A stretch of DNA of 64,000 bases from a virus. Of the stretch, positions 50,838-59,180 are shown piece by piece. The notes beneath the pieces are model-generated. The model was not told the origin of the DNA. It searched no databases and saw only the letters and a list, made by a program, of their open reading frames with translations. The position numbers and the translations under genes are program-made. The first letter of the stretch is position 1. Each line of letters begins with the position of its first letter. The stretch covers positions 114,540-178,539 of the IMG/VR virus record IMGVR_UViG_3300033485_000001. One strand, given 5' to 3'.

Positions 50838-51161
50838 ATGGCAATCGATCGAAGGTCATGGTATAAGAGGCCCGGCCACGGAGTTGTTCTAGTACAGAAG
50901 ATCATGGCAAATCAAGTACCACCTGTCGTGTGCATCGCCTGCGAGGGGACGATCTACTTCTGCAAGGCAGTCGGACGAGACTTCATGGGTGCGCCGCTGC
51001 GAGCCGAGGACTTCGTCCCGATGGGCGACTACCCGCAGCCGAAGGACGGTGACGAGGGGCTGTGCCCGATCTGTGGCAAGCCTTTCGCCCTTCCCAACGG
51101 CAAGGGCGGTGTTATCTTACGGCTCGAAGGCGGAGCGTGGTGGCCGCACCCACCGATTTGA
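50838..51161 (+). CDS. Zn-ribbon protein
   Basis: CIAC...CPIC. Confidence 0.6.
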   Translation: MAIDRRSWYKRPGHGVVLVQKIMANQVPPVVCIACEGTIYFCKAVGRDFMGAPLRAEDFVPMGDYPQPKDGDEGLCPICGKPFALPNGKGGVILRLEGGAWWPHPPI

Positions 51162-51181
51162 ATCAGCGAACGAGAAAGATC

Positions 51182-51210
51182 TTGACACAAGTGATCTCGA
51201 TCTGTAAGAG
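51182..51210 (+). promoter_or_regulatory. Sigma70-like promoter (perfect -35, weak -10)
   Basis: TTGACA at 51182-51187; TAAGAG 17 nt downstream. Confidence 0.5.
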
Positions 51211-51269
51211 TGGTCAGTGATCAGTGTGGATGTGGTTCACACCGAAAGGTTTGCAGGAGGAAGAGAACG

Positions 51270-51992
51270 ATGAGTCACCCGGCAGAAGGGACGGAGGGGG
51301 TCAGCAAGGCTGACGCTCTCAAGGAGAAGCTGGCTGGAATCAAGGGCGCAGGCGGCAACGGCCAGTCGGCTCCCGCAGTCCCGGCCAACGGAAGCGGCGC
51401 CAAGGCCGCTCCGGCACCCGCGAAGAAGCGGAGCGCCGAGAAGACCCCGGCCAAGACCCCGGTGAAGGCCGAGGCCAAGTCGCCGGCCAAGAAGGAGCCG
51501 GCGCGCAAGGCGGCGAAGGCCCCCGCGAAGGAGCCCGCGCCCCGCAAGGCGGCGAAGGCTCAGACCGGCCTCCGGACGATGGACCGTGACAAGGAAGGGG
51601 ACGGACTGCGCCCCCTCGAGCGGGACATCATGAAGGTCGTGAAGGCCAAGCGCGGCAAGCCGATCTCGATCCGTGACATCGCCATCGCCATCCACGGCGA
51701 GGCGAAGGTCAAGTCGGCCGACGAGGGCGAGACCAAGGACAACGTGCTCGTCCGCACGGTCCGCAACGGCATCCGCAAGCCGCGCGAGTACGGCATGCTG
51801 AAGCTGTGGACCGAGACCGGCGACTCCAGCGCCAAGAACGGCTTCGTGGTCCTCGGCGACGGGACCCCGCCTGCCGGTGCGGCCAAGAAGGCGTCCAAGG
51901 CGGCCAAGGACAAGGCCGCCAACAAGACGCCGAAGACGCCGGCGAAGAAGGCCGAGTCCAAGGGCGGGAAGAAGCCCGCCAAGAAGTCCTAG
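51270..51992 (+). CDS. Linker-histone-like protein: K/A/P-rich tails flanking a winged-helix-like core
   Basis: PAKK/KAAK repeats at both ends; core LRPLERDIMKVV...ISIRDIA...VRNGIRKPREYGML. Confidence 0.75.
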   Translation: MSHPAEGTEGVSKADALKEKLAGIKGAGGNGQSAPAVPANGSGAKAAPAPAKKRSAEKTPAKTPVKAEAKSPAKKEPARKAAKAPAKEPAPRKAAKAQTGLRTMDRDKEGDGLRPLERDIMKVVKAKRGKPISIRDIAIAIHGEAKVKSADEGETKDNVLVRTVRNGIRKPREYGMLKLWTETGDSSAKNGFVVLGDGTPPAGAAKKASKAAKDKAANKTPKTPAKKAESKGGKKPAKKS

Positions 51993-52020
51993 TCCACCGG
52001 ATCAGCGTTCCGAAGCTCGT

Positions 52021-52068
52021 GAAGAGGACAAGGTGGGTCTCAGGAACCTGGGACCCACCCGTGTCTTC
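52021..52068 (+). terminator. Long hairpin, probable terminator
   Basis: GGTGGGTCTCAG-GAAC-CTGGGACCCACC plus outer pairing. Confidence 0.6.
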
Positions 52069-52083
52069 TAAGGCGGTGATCCA

Positions 52084-52620
52084 ATGGAAGACGATGAGGA
52101 CCAGTTCGCTACGGTAGAGGAGGCTCTCCTTCACCGCCACACCGACAAGGTCCGGTGGTATCCTACTCCTACGCCGAAGTGTCCAGCGACGGAGGAGCCT
52201 GTGAAGGAGAAGAGACTGCCCCCACTCGACCACATCATGAGGATCCAGAACCCGCCCGCAGGATGGCGCGGAAACGTCAGGAGGGAGCACGACCCCAAGG
52301 CCGAGCTCTGCTACTGCCAGCAGTGCTACCTGGCGGAGTACCCCTATCTCGTTGTCGGAGATCCAGTGCAGGTCAGCCCCCAGTACCCGGTCGACACTCC
52401 GCAGATGCGGGAGATGGTGGGGCTCTACGATCCCAAGCTCATCAAGCCAACGGTTCGTTGCTCGGTGTGCAATGAGATCATCGAGGTCGATACCAAGCTC
52501 AGGGTCCAAGAGGAGGCGGTACACGTGAGGTGCCTGCAAGAAGATCAGCGAGACGCTCTCCTGCGCATAGGGATCCAGGTCACGTACATCACCCGTGTGA
52601 GACGTGAGCCCCATGAATGA
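52084..52620 (+). CDS. Cys/His-rich hypothetical protein
   Basis: CYCQQC; CSVC...HVRC. Confidence 0.6.
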   Translation: MEDDEDQFATVEEALLHRHTDKVRWYPTPTPKCPATEEPVKEKRLPPLDHIMRIQNPPAGWRGNVRREHDPKAELCYCQQCYLAEYPYLVVGDPVQVSPQYPVDTPQMREMVGLYDPKLIKPTVRCSVCNEIIEVDTKLRVQEEAVHVRCLQEDQRDALLRIGIQVTYITRVRREPHE

Positions 52621-52924
52621 CCGCTGCTGCCGAAAGCGGCAGGCTGTGGTCACGGTTCTTGAGGTGAACCTCGAGGGCCTGATGGGAGAGATCAACAAGC
52701 TCGTGATCGTGTTGTCGAACGGCATCATCATGACCTACGACCAGCAGTCCCATGTCTCGAGGACGCTGGGCGATGCGTGCTCGAGGCTTGGGCGTGCGGA
52801 TCGGGCAGAGCTGCTCGAGGAGGTCGAGCGTGAGATGGGCTACGTGGAGGAGAAGCTGAAGATGCTGCGTCGTGTGCGGGTGATGCTGCTACCCGCTGAG
52901 GAGATCAGCGATGGCACCCGTTGA
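52604..52924 (+). CDS. Hypothetical coiled-coil protein
   Basis: ORF in the coupled plus-strand array. Confidence 0.55.
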   Translation: MSPMNDRCCRKRQAVVTVLEVNLEGLMGEINKLVIVLSNGIIMTYDQQSHVSRTLGDACSRLGRADRAELLEEVEREMGYVEEKLKMLRRVRVMLLPAEEISDGTR

Positions 52925-53240
52925 CCTGAAGTACGCCCGCTTCATCAAGGAGGGCCAGGACATCGGGGCCGAGCTGATCGAGCAGGCGAAGAAGCTGATG
53001 GAGGGTGAGCCCAGGGAGGCGGCGAAGATTCTGGTCTCGGCCTGGGTCATCCTGAACGGCGTCGCAGCTGTCTGCCACAACAAGGAGATGTTCACGCAGG
53101 CTGCGAAGGTGGAAACGCTGCGACAGAAGATCAGGTTCATGGGTGGTGAGCTGGCGATGGCGGGTTACTCTCTGATCACGGATGTGCCGGACAGCCAGGT
53201 AGCTCTCGTCGTCACCCCGAAGGAGCCAACGAAGAGGTGA
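52911..53240 (+). CDS. Hypothetical protein
   Basis: GAGGAG RBS; typical codon usage. Confidence 0.65.
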   Translation: MAPVDLKYARFIKEGQDIGAELIEQAKKLMEGEPREAAKILVSAWVILNGVAAVCHNKEMFTQAAKVETLRQKIRFMGGELAMAGYSLITDVPDSQVALVVTPKEPTKR

Positions 53241-53245
53241 GGGAG

Positions 53246-53932
53246 ATGGCAAGCAGCGAAGAGAAGAAGAAGGCGTTGGGAGCGTGGGCGGAGGCAGTCC
53301 AGGAGGGAGCGAACGAGTTCCTCGAGCTCGCCCTGGAGATGAAGGAAGGAGGGAAGGACGGCTACGAGTGGCCGTACCTGCTCGGGCTGTTCATCGATCA
53401 GCTGGCCAAGCACATCAGGACCGGGAGCTGCGCGCCCGACATGACCAAGGCGCAGAAGACGCACATGGCCGTGGCAGTGTCGGCCACCCACGATGGCTAC
53501 ACCAAGCAGCGCAACGTGGTCGACGCGAAGCTGTTCGACCAGGCCGAGAGCATGTTCGTGGTGTTCTCGGAGCTCCTCGACATCTGCCCCGTCAAGCTCC
53601 CAGAGATCAAGAAGCAGAAGGAACAGCCCAAGGAGGAGCAGCTCGAGCTCCCCGTGGAGCACGATGTGGTGATCGTGCTGCCCAAGGGCACGCCCGAGGA
53701 GAAGGTGAAGCGCATCATGGACAAGGCCACCGAGCTGATGGCCTCCGAGGGCAGCGGCCTTCTCCTCCACGTCAGCGTCGGCAACGACGAGTCGACCCAG
53801 GTTCGGGTCCGTGCCGGCAACGAGGAGAAGTACTCCGCCGTCATCGACGAGGTCCTGCGCGGGCACATCCCCGTGCCCGAGAAGTCCACCTCCCCCATCG
53901 ATGTCCAAGACGTCCCGCCGCAGAACAACTGA
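53246..53932 (+). CDS. Hypothetical protein
   Basis: GAGGTGAGGG RBS; typical codon usage. Confidence 0.7.
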   Translation: MASSEEKKKALGAWAEAVQEGANEFLELALEMKEGGKDGYEWPYLLGLFIDQLAKHIRTGSCAPDMTKAQKTHMAVAVSATHDGYTKQRNVVDAKLFDQAESMFVVFSELLDICPVKLPEIKKQKEQPKEEQLELPVEHDVVIVLPKGTPEEKVKRIMDKATELMASEGSGLLLHVSVGNDESTQVRVRAGNEEKYSAVIDEVLRGHIPVPEKSTSPIDVQDVPPQNN

Positions 53933-53946
53933 TCATTACCAGCTAA

Positions 53947-54320
53947 CATGAATCTCCGAGTTGACCAGTCCTTTCGGCTGTGGCCTGGTCCACAGCGTAC
54001 TGGGTCTGATCAACTCGGAGATTCGACCTTCTTCCTGTGGTGCCGGCATCGACCTTCGTTTTTCCTGGTGTCGATCGTCTCCCGTCCAGGTCGGGAGAAC
54101 GCACCAGTCCACCAGTTCTTTACCCCTCTGGTGGGAGGGGGCGGGGTATTCACTCCTGGCCAAGGAGCGCCCCAGCCCTCGATCTGTCCCATCGCCATCC
54201 ACGAGGTCGAGGACGCCTCGTGAAAGCCTGGGATGCGTATTGCGTGATCGCCCTCCCAGTAGGCGATCCCAAGCTGATCGACGGAGCCATTGATGAGGAT
54301 AGCTTGGTCTCCCCTGGCTC
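53947..54320 (-). ncRNA. Putative structured ncRNA of about 375 nt, unknown class
   Basis: Starts at the predicted +1 of a conserved promoter; 5' pseudoknot, at least nine perfect 5-7 bp stems, 15-bp terminal stem (53950-53964/54010-54024); no credible ORF. Confidence 0.7.
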
Positions 54321-54359
54321 AATGATCTTATATACAGGGCCTCCTGTGCTTTTTCGCTT
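54319..54359 (-). promoter_or_regulatory. Bipartite promoter AAGCGAAA-N17-TATATAAGATCATTG
   Basis: Conserved sequence and spacing. Confidence 0.78.
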
Positions 54360-54364
54360 ATCTG

Positions 54365-54373
54365 GGTATAAGA
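54365..54373 (+). promoter_or_regulatory. TATAAG-core promoter, divergent
   Basis: GGTATAAGA about 45 nt upstream of GGAGGT-ATG 54418. Confidence 0.55.
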
Positions 54374-54417
54374 CAGGCAGAAGGCCAGGTCCGTTTGATC
54401 TGGTTATGGAGGTGCAG

Positions 54418-54837
54418 ATGAGAGGGTGTCCGTGTTGCGAGGGGCGGGAGCCTGACAAGCAGCCCGACATGACGATCGAGGAGATCGAGGAGGGCCTGGG
54501 GTACCAGACCAGCGAGGAGTACCAGGAGACCCAGAAGAAGTGGCTGGAGTCGAGGCCCCCGACGGTGAGGGCGGTGGCCGAGAAGTTCCTGGCCCCGCTT
54601 TACAGGGTCAAGGAGGGGAACCCCTACAACTACACGCCGGCGGGATCCATTGTGACCCTCTACAAGATCGTGGAGAAGGGGTGCAAGAACGGCCACATCG
54701 AGGCGGAGCCTTGGTTCCACGTGCTTCGCAACCCGGCCGGCTACGCGCACCTCGTCACGCCCTTCGACGAGGAGTGGCTCGAGCCGATCACGCTGGATGA
54801 GCTCAAGGAGATCGTGAGGAAGGAGGAGACGAACTGA
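54418..54837 (+). CDS. Hypothetical protein
   Basis: GGAGGT RBS; the upstream in-frame extension to 54037 looks spurious. Confidence 0.7.
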   Translation: MRGCPCCEGREPDKQPDMTIEEIEEGLGYQTSEEYQETQKKWLESRPPTVRAVAEKFLAPLYRVKEGNPYNYTPAGSIVTLYKIVEKGCKNGHIEAEPWFHVLRNPAGYAHLVTPFDEEWLEPITLDELKEIVRKEETN

Positions 54838-55226
54838 TGACGGAGACGCGGTTCTTCAGGGATGGGCCGGACTACGTGAACCAGATCATCATGCCGGTCT
54901 GCGACTCGAGCATCAAGCCCGAGTACCTGCTCCAGACCTTCGTGAGCGCGTGCCTGAACGCAGCTCAGTGGTGGCTGGACAAGGCGGCCGACACTCCCAT
55001 CGTGGACGAGAACGGCATCGTCAACGATCTGATCGAAGAGCTGGCCAACGCCGAGAGGTACATGGCGTTCGTCACCAGCTTGCTCTACTACCTGCCGCTG
55101 GATCCCGATGCCCCCAACGCCAGGACCAGCGTGATCCGTGAGCTGGCGGACTGCATGATCGCAGCCGATGAGCTCTACGCCATGATGGAAGAGGCCAAGG
55201 AGGCAATCGAGAAGGAGAAGCTCTGA
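54837..55226 (+). CDS. Hypothetical helical protein
   Basis: Coupled start/stop; AGGAGG RBS. Confidence 0.7.
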   Translation: MTETRFFRDGPDYVNQIIMPVCDSSIKPEYLLQTFVSACLNAAQWWLDKAADTPIVDENGIVNDLIEELANAERYMAFVTSLLYYLPLDPDAPNARTSVIRELADCMIAADELYAMMEEAKEAIEKEKL

Positions 55227-55438
55227 TGCAGCCTAGGGAGTACAGCTTCTACACGCCCGAGGAGGCCCAGGCGTTCATCGAGGGCGTCAACGCCGTGAAC
55301 GATCCAACCTTCAGGGTGAAGACGGTGGTCCGCGACACAAGCAGCAAGAGCCCTCTTGTCACCTTCGATCTCGGCGAGGAGAAGCGTGAGCTGCCGAGGG
55401 TGCTCTACACCGTCCTCTGCGAGGATGACGACGAATGA
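55226..55438 (+). CDS. Small hypothetical protein
   Basis: Coupled TGATG junction. Confidence 0.65.
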   Translation: MQPREYSFYTPEEAQAFIEGVNAVNDPTFRVKTVVRDTSSKSPLVTFDLGEEKRELPRVLYTVLCEDDDE

Positions 55439-55656
55439 TCTGGATTGGACATGCCATGGGGGGTTTCCACTGGCACGGCAAGGCCATCGTGGACGGCATG
55501 TGCTACTGCGCCGACTGCATCGTGGAGAGGAGCGGGGGGCTCCTCGCAGTCGGGGATCTGAACGAGAAGCACAAGAGGGAGTTGCGTGATCTGCAACGAA
55601 AGGGCTACGTTGGGCTGTACCGGGTGATGAGGAAGCCCTGGAAGGAGCGTGGGTGA
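55435..55656 (+). CDS. Small Cys-containing hypothetical protein
   Basis: ATGA overlap; CYCADC. Confidence 0.6.
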   Translation: MIWIGHAMGGFHWHGKAIVDGMCYCADCIVERSGGLLAVGDLNEKHKRELRDLQRKGYVGLYRVMRKPWKERG

Positions 55657-55976
55657 TGGCTGACGAGGATGAGAAGGAGATCAATAAGATCACGGAAGAG
55701 GTCACCGAGGAGCACATGAAGTTCGCCGCCTTGCTCGAGTCGACGGCGTTCATCGTGCAGCAGATGGGGCAGAAGCTCGCAGAGCGTGTGAACGCCATCG
55801 CCGCTGGGCAGGCGAAGCTCCCAGCGCCCCAGAACTTCGTCTTCAACGTGGGCACGCTGGTCGGAGAGCTCGACCAGGTGGTCCACTCGACACAGGGGTA
55901 CCTCCAGAGCTACACCAAGTTCAGGCAGGCGTACCTCGTCAAGATCGAGCACGGCAAGAAGGAGGAGTTGCACTGA
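55656..55976 (+). CDS. Hypothetical coiled-coil protein
   Basis: TGATG coupling; AAGGAG RBS. Confidence 0.68.
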   Translation: MADEDEKEINKITEEVTEEHMKFAALLESTAFIVQQMGQKLAERVNAIAAGQAKLPAPQNFVFNVGTLVGELDQVVHSTQGYLQSYTKFRQAYLVKIEHGKKEELH

Positions 55977-56203
55977 TGACGGACAGGATCAACTCGCTCA
56001 CCGTGGTCCTCCGCCCCAACATGCGGGAGGACGACGCTAAGACCATCATGGACGCCATCAGGCTGCTCAAGGGTGTGATCGATGTGAAGAAGGGCGAGGT
56101 GAACAACATCACGAGCCACATCGCCCACGCACGGGTCCGAGCCGAGCTGGGCGTCAAGATCAACGAGCTACTGGACCAGGATACCTGGCTCAAGGAGGAG
56201 TGA
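55976..56203 (+). CDS. Small hypothetical protein
   Basis: TGATG coupling; AGGAGGAG RBS. Confidence 0.68.
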   Translation: MTDRINSLTVVLRPNMREDDAKTIMDAIRLLKGVIDVKKGEVNNITSHIAHARVRAELGVKINELLDQDTWLKEE

Positions 56204-56204
56204 G

Positions 56205-56906
56205 ATGGGTGAGAAGAACGAGGAGCTGAAGCCGATGGAGGATCCCTACAGGACCGGGGGCGAGCCCCAGAAGCCCGAGTACCCCACGAGGGACGAGGGT
56301 GACGAGAAGCTGGTCGGCGGGATCAGGCTGCCTGGGCACCCCAGGCGTCCGGCCTTGAAAGCGGAGGAAGTCGTCAACGAGTGGGACGATGACGGGCACT
56401 ACGCCGGCGTCAGGCGTGTCCGCAGGGAGGGCGTGGAGCAGCAGATCGAGCCCATCGGCATGGCGCTCAAGGAGCAGCAGCTCGCAGGGCGCCAGATGGC
56501 GGCCATGGCCAGGACCACCTACGAGGGGCCGGGTGGGGTCCGCAAGACGATCATCGGTCCCCAGAGCATGGTCACCTTCGGCGAGGGCGTGAACTTCGTC
56601 CTCGGCGAGGCGCACCAGGTGCTCGAGCAGCTCAGGAAGGAGTTCAAGGCGTACACGATGTCCGTCGAGGAGCAGTTCCTGGAGCTCGGGAGAACCCTCT
56701 CCAACATGTACAACGAGATCCAGGAGCTCGGGGCTTGTCGCGACGAGGAGCGTCGGGCCAAGGAGATCTGGATGGTCGCCTTCGAGGCGGCGATCAAGGA
56801 CGCCAAGAAGCCGGGCAGGAAGAACATGAAGACGGCCCATCAGTACGTGCTCCAGTCCACCGAGTCGTGGAACAAGCGCCACCCCGACGAGGTCAAGGAG
56901 GAGTAG
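56205..56906 (+). CDS. Hypothetical protein
   Basis: AGGAGGAG RBS; typical codon usage. Confidence 0.72.
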   Translation: MGEKNEELKPMEDPYRTGGEPQKPEYPTRDEGDEKLVGGIRLPGHPRRPALKAEEVVNEWDDDGHYAGVRRVRREGVEQQIEPIGMALKEQQLAGRQMAAMARTTYEGPGGVRKTIIGPQSMVTFGEGVNFVLGEAHQVLEQLRKEFKAYTMSVEEQFLELGRTLSNMYNEIQELGACRDEERRAKEIWMVAFEAAIKDAKKPGRKNMKTAHQYVLQSTESWNKRHPDEVKEE

Positions 56907-56908
56907 GG

Positions 56909-57259
56909 ATGGAGCCCTTCTTCAAGCTCGACAGGAGCGAGAAGCGCAAGCGCCAGATCAGGAGGATGCAGTGGGACCTCCGTGAGATGCAGGCCGGTGG
57001 TCCCTGCATCGGGTGCGGCTACTGCTGCAACAAGAGCCCGTGCGGCATCTTCATGATCCATCGCACGCACACCTTCACCAAGTGGCGAGGCTGCCCAGAG
57101 CTCCAGTGGGATGGCACACGCCACTGGTGCGGCCTCATGCTCTCGAAGGAGGGCGAGGAGCGGCAGAAGCTGATGGACCTGGAGCACGTGGGCAAGGGCT
57201 GCTGTTCCTCCCTCAACAGCTGGCGCAAGGAACCATTGCAAGATCGGCGTGCGAAATGA
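56909..57259 (+). CDS. YkgJ/CxxCxxCC family Fe-S or Zn-binding protein
   Basis: CIGCGYCC...C...CPEL...C...GKGCC. Confidence 0.7.
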   Translation: MEPFFKLDRSEKRKRQIRRMQWDLREMQAGGPCIGCGYCCNKSPCGIFMIHRTHTFTKWRGCPELQWDGTRHWCGLMLSKEGEERQKLMDLEHVGKGCCSSLNSWRKEPLQDRRAK

Positions 57260-57459
57260 GGAAGCATCTCAAGGACGTGATCGAGGAGACCGTCGCCTAC
57301 GCCAAGGGCCTGAGCCTGTACGAGCTCAGCGAGTTCATCGACGTGGGCAAGAGGACTCTCGAGAAGGAGGACCTCGAGGAGGCCAGGGAGGCGATGACGG
57401 AGGCCATCGAGCGCCTCGAGGCCATCTACAAGCAGCGGTGTCGAGAGGAGGTGTCATGA
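57256..57459 (+). CDS. Small helical hypothetical protein
   Basis: ATGA overlap. Confidence 0.62.
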   Translation: MRKHLKDVIEETVAYAKGLSLYELSEFIDVGKRTLEKEDLEEAREAMTEAIERLEAIYKQRCREEVS

Positions 57460-57845
57460 TCGTGGGATGGAAGGAAGCGATCAAGGGGCTGCTGCTGTGC
57501 CTGCTCCTCGACTCGCTGAACGACCGGATGTTTCTCGGTCGGATCGTCACGTTCAATGGGCTCGTCATGCACGACGCCAAGGATCGCAACGGCGACAGCG
57601 ACTTCGTGTGGAAGGTCGACCGCCCGGAGTTCTCCTTCAACATGAACGCTGGGGACGTCGTGCAGGTCTTCAACATCACCATCCCCTTCACGCCCAGGAG
57701 GGTGTTCGTCGTCAGGCCCACGGCGAAGTGGGTCGAGGCATACAACCGCGAGCACAAGAGGTTCGGCCCCGATGCGCTGACAGCAGATCAGTTCTACAGG
57801 ACGCTGCTTCACCCCGGCGAGTACGAGCTCAAGGAGATCTCATGA
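57456..57845 (+). CDS. Hypothetical protein
   Basis: GAGGAGGT RBS; ATGA overlap. Confidence 0.65.
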   Translation: MIVGWKEAIKGLLLCLLLDSLNDRMFLGRIVTFNGLVMHDAKDRNGDSDFVWKVDRPEFSFNMNAGDVVQVFNITIPFTPRRVFVVRPTAKWVEAYNREHKRFGPDALTADQFYRTLLHPGEYELKEIS

Positions 57846-58030
57846 GCGTCACCAGGCAGGTCACGATCTGGTGCGATGAGTGCGGCAACTGGGAGCAGGA
57901 GAGCGCAACCAGCACCGTGCCTCTTCGTAAGCAGCTCAAGAAGAAGGGCTGGGTCTGGGTTCGTGGTCGGTGTGGGATGCAGGACTTCTGCCCGAAGTGC
58001 TGGGCGAAGCGCGAGGGGAAAGAGACATGA
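57842..58030 (+). CDS. Zn-ribbon protein (paralogue of 58439)
   Basis: VTIWCDEC...LKKKGW...DFCPKC. Confidence 0.7.
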   Translation: MSVTRQVTIWCDECGNWEQESATSTVPLRKQLKKKGWVWVRGRCGMQDFCPKCWAKREGKET

Positions 58031-58203
58031 AGATCTGGGTGGTCGTGTCCGTTCGCCACGATGACGTCGAGGCGCACGGGGCCTTCGAGAGCAAGGAGGC
58101 GGCCGATGCGTACCGTGGCAAGCTGTTCGTGGATCACATGTTCGACGTGCTCGTGAGGAACTTCAGGGTCGTCGAGTGCGACATGATGAAGATGGTGAAG
58201 TAG
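58027..58203 (+). CDS. Small hypothetical protein
   Basis: ATGA overlap; MKIWVV...HGAFESKEAA pattern. Confidence 0.62.
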   Translation: MKIWVVVSVRHDDVEAHGAFESKEAADAYRGKLFVDHMFDVLVRNFRVVECDMMKMVK

Positions 58204-58205
58204 CC

Positions 58206-58442
58206 ATGCTGATGCAAGGGGACATCATCCGCCTGGTCCAGGAGCTCTCGGCCAAGGTCATAGTGAGCGGCACCCCAACGAACAAGGAGTTGTGGCCCCT
58301 GCTCTGCAAGGCTGGGATCCATGACTACGAGTTCGTGGTGATCAACCAGAAGGGTGCGCTGCTCCGCTGCTTCTACTGCGAGCACGAGAAGATCTCCACC
58401 CAGTCGTGGATGAAGCACCTAGACAAGCCGAGGGAGCCATGA
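58206..58442 (+). CDS. Small hypothetical protein with CxxC
   Basis: CFYCEH. Confidence 0.6.
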   Translation: MLMQGDIIRLVQELSAKVIVSGTPTNKELWPLLCKAGIHDYEFVVINQKGALLRCFYCEHEKISTQSWMKHLDKPREP

Positions 58443-58660
58443 GCGCAACGAAGACGAGGAAGCGTTCCTGGAAGAGCATCACGATCAAGTGTGAGAACTG
58501 CGAGTCGTGTGACCAGGTCATCGGTGGAGACGTGCGTGTGGCCAGGCGCGAGCTGAAGGAGCGTGGTTGGTCGTCGAAACATGTGGACGGCAAGGTCCTG
58601 GACTACTGCCCCCAGTGCACGTCGATCACCCAGATGTACCACCGCAGGAGGAAACCATGA
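58439..58660 (+). CDS. Zn-ribbon protein (paralogue of 57842)
   Basis: ITIKCENC...LKERGW...DYCPQC. Confidence 0.7.
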   Translation: MSATKTRKRSWKSITIKCENCESCDQVIGGDVRVARRELKERGWSSKHVDGKVLDYCPQCTSITQMYHRRRKP

Positions 58661-59022
58661 GCGTCTACGATCACATCAAGTGCGAGGTCCCACTCCCTGT
58701 GCACCCCGAGTTCCAGGACCGGACCTTCCAGACCAAGTTCCAGACCCCGCCAGACATGGACTACTTCAAGATCAAGAGCGACGGCCAGCTCGTCCTCATG
58801 CAGAGGGACTACGACTACGGCGCCCAGGACCCAGAGCTGCGGTACAGGATGAAGGAGATCGGACCCCACGACTACACCGGCGAGATCTACTTCTACGACT
58901 TCGCCGACCCACATGGGAGGGCCAAGGGCTGGATCGAGTTCGTGGCCATGTTCGACAGGGGCAAGCTGGTCACGTTGGACTGCTTCAACTTCGTGGCCCC
59001 GACCAAGGAGGCGCAGCCATGA
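58657..59022 (+). CDS. Conserved-looking hypothetical protein
   Basis: AGGAGG RBS; YDHIKCEVPLP...FQTK...GEIYFY...WIEFVAMFDRGKL. Confidence 0.7.
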   Translation: MSVYDHIKCEVPLPVHPEFQDRTFQTKFQTPPDMDYFKIKSDGQLVLMQRDYDYGAQDPELRYRMKEIGPHDYTGEIYFYDFADPHGRAKGWIEFVAMFDRGKLVTLDCFNFVAPTKEAQP

Positions 59023-59171
59023 GCGAGTTCTGGTTCTGGGCGAAGACGGTGGGGATCGTCCTGCTCTTCATCGTCCTCTTGGTCGTCGGCCTGAGCATGA
59101 AGTTCAACTGCTGTAGGGACGCCGGGTTCACCGAGGAGCAATGCACCTACAGCCTGTTCTGCAACGGATGA
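59019..59171 (+). CDS. Small membrane protein
   Basis: One TM helix VGIVLLFIVLLVVGL; CC motif. Confidence 0.65.
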   Translation: MSEFWFWAKTVGIVLLFIVLLVVGLSMKFNCCRDAGFTEEQCTYSLFCNG

Positions 59172-59180
59172 GGAGGAGAA

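Noticed and set aside
54265-54320. HDV-like ribozyme at the 5' pseudoknot of the second ncRNA; hammerhead at 53950-54024
   Set aside because: No P3 stem or GG for P1.1, and no CUGANGA/GAAA core in the right arrangement.
54037-54417. 127-aa N-terminal extension of ORF 54418
   Set aside because: It crosses the structured RNA and two promoters, has atypical codons, and a strong RBS sits at 54418.
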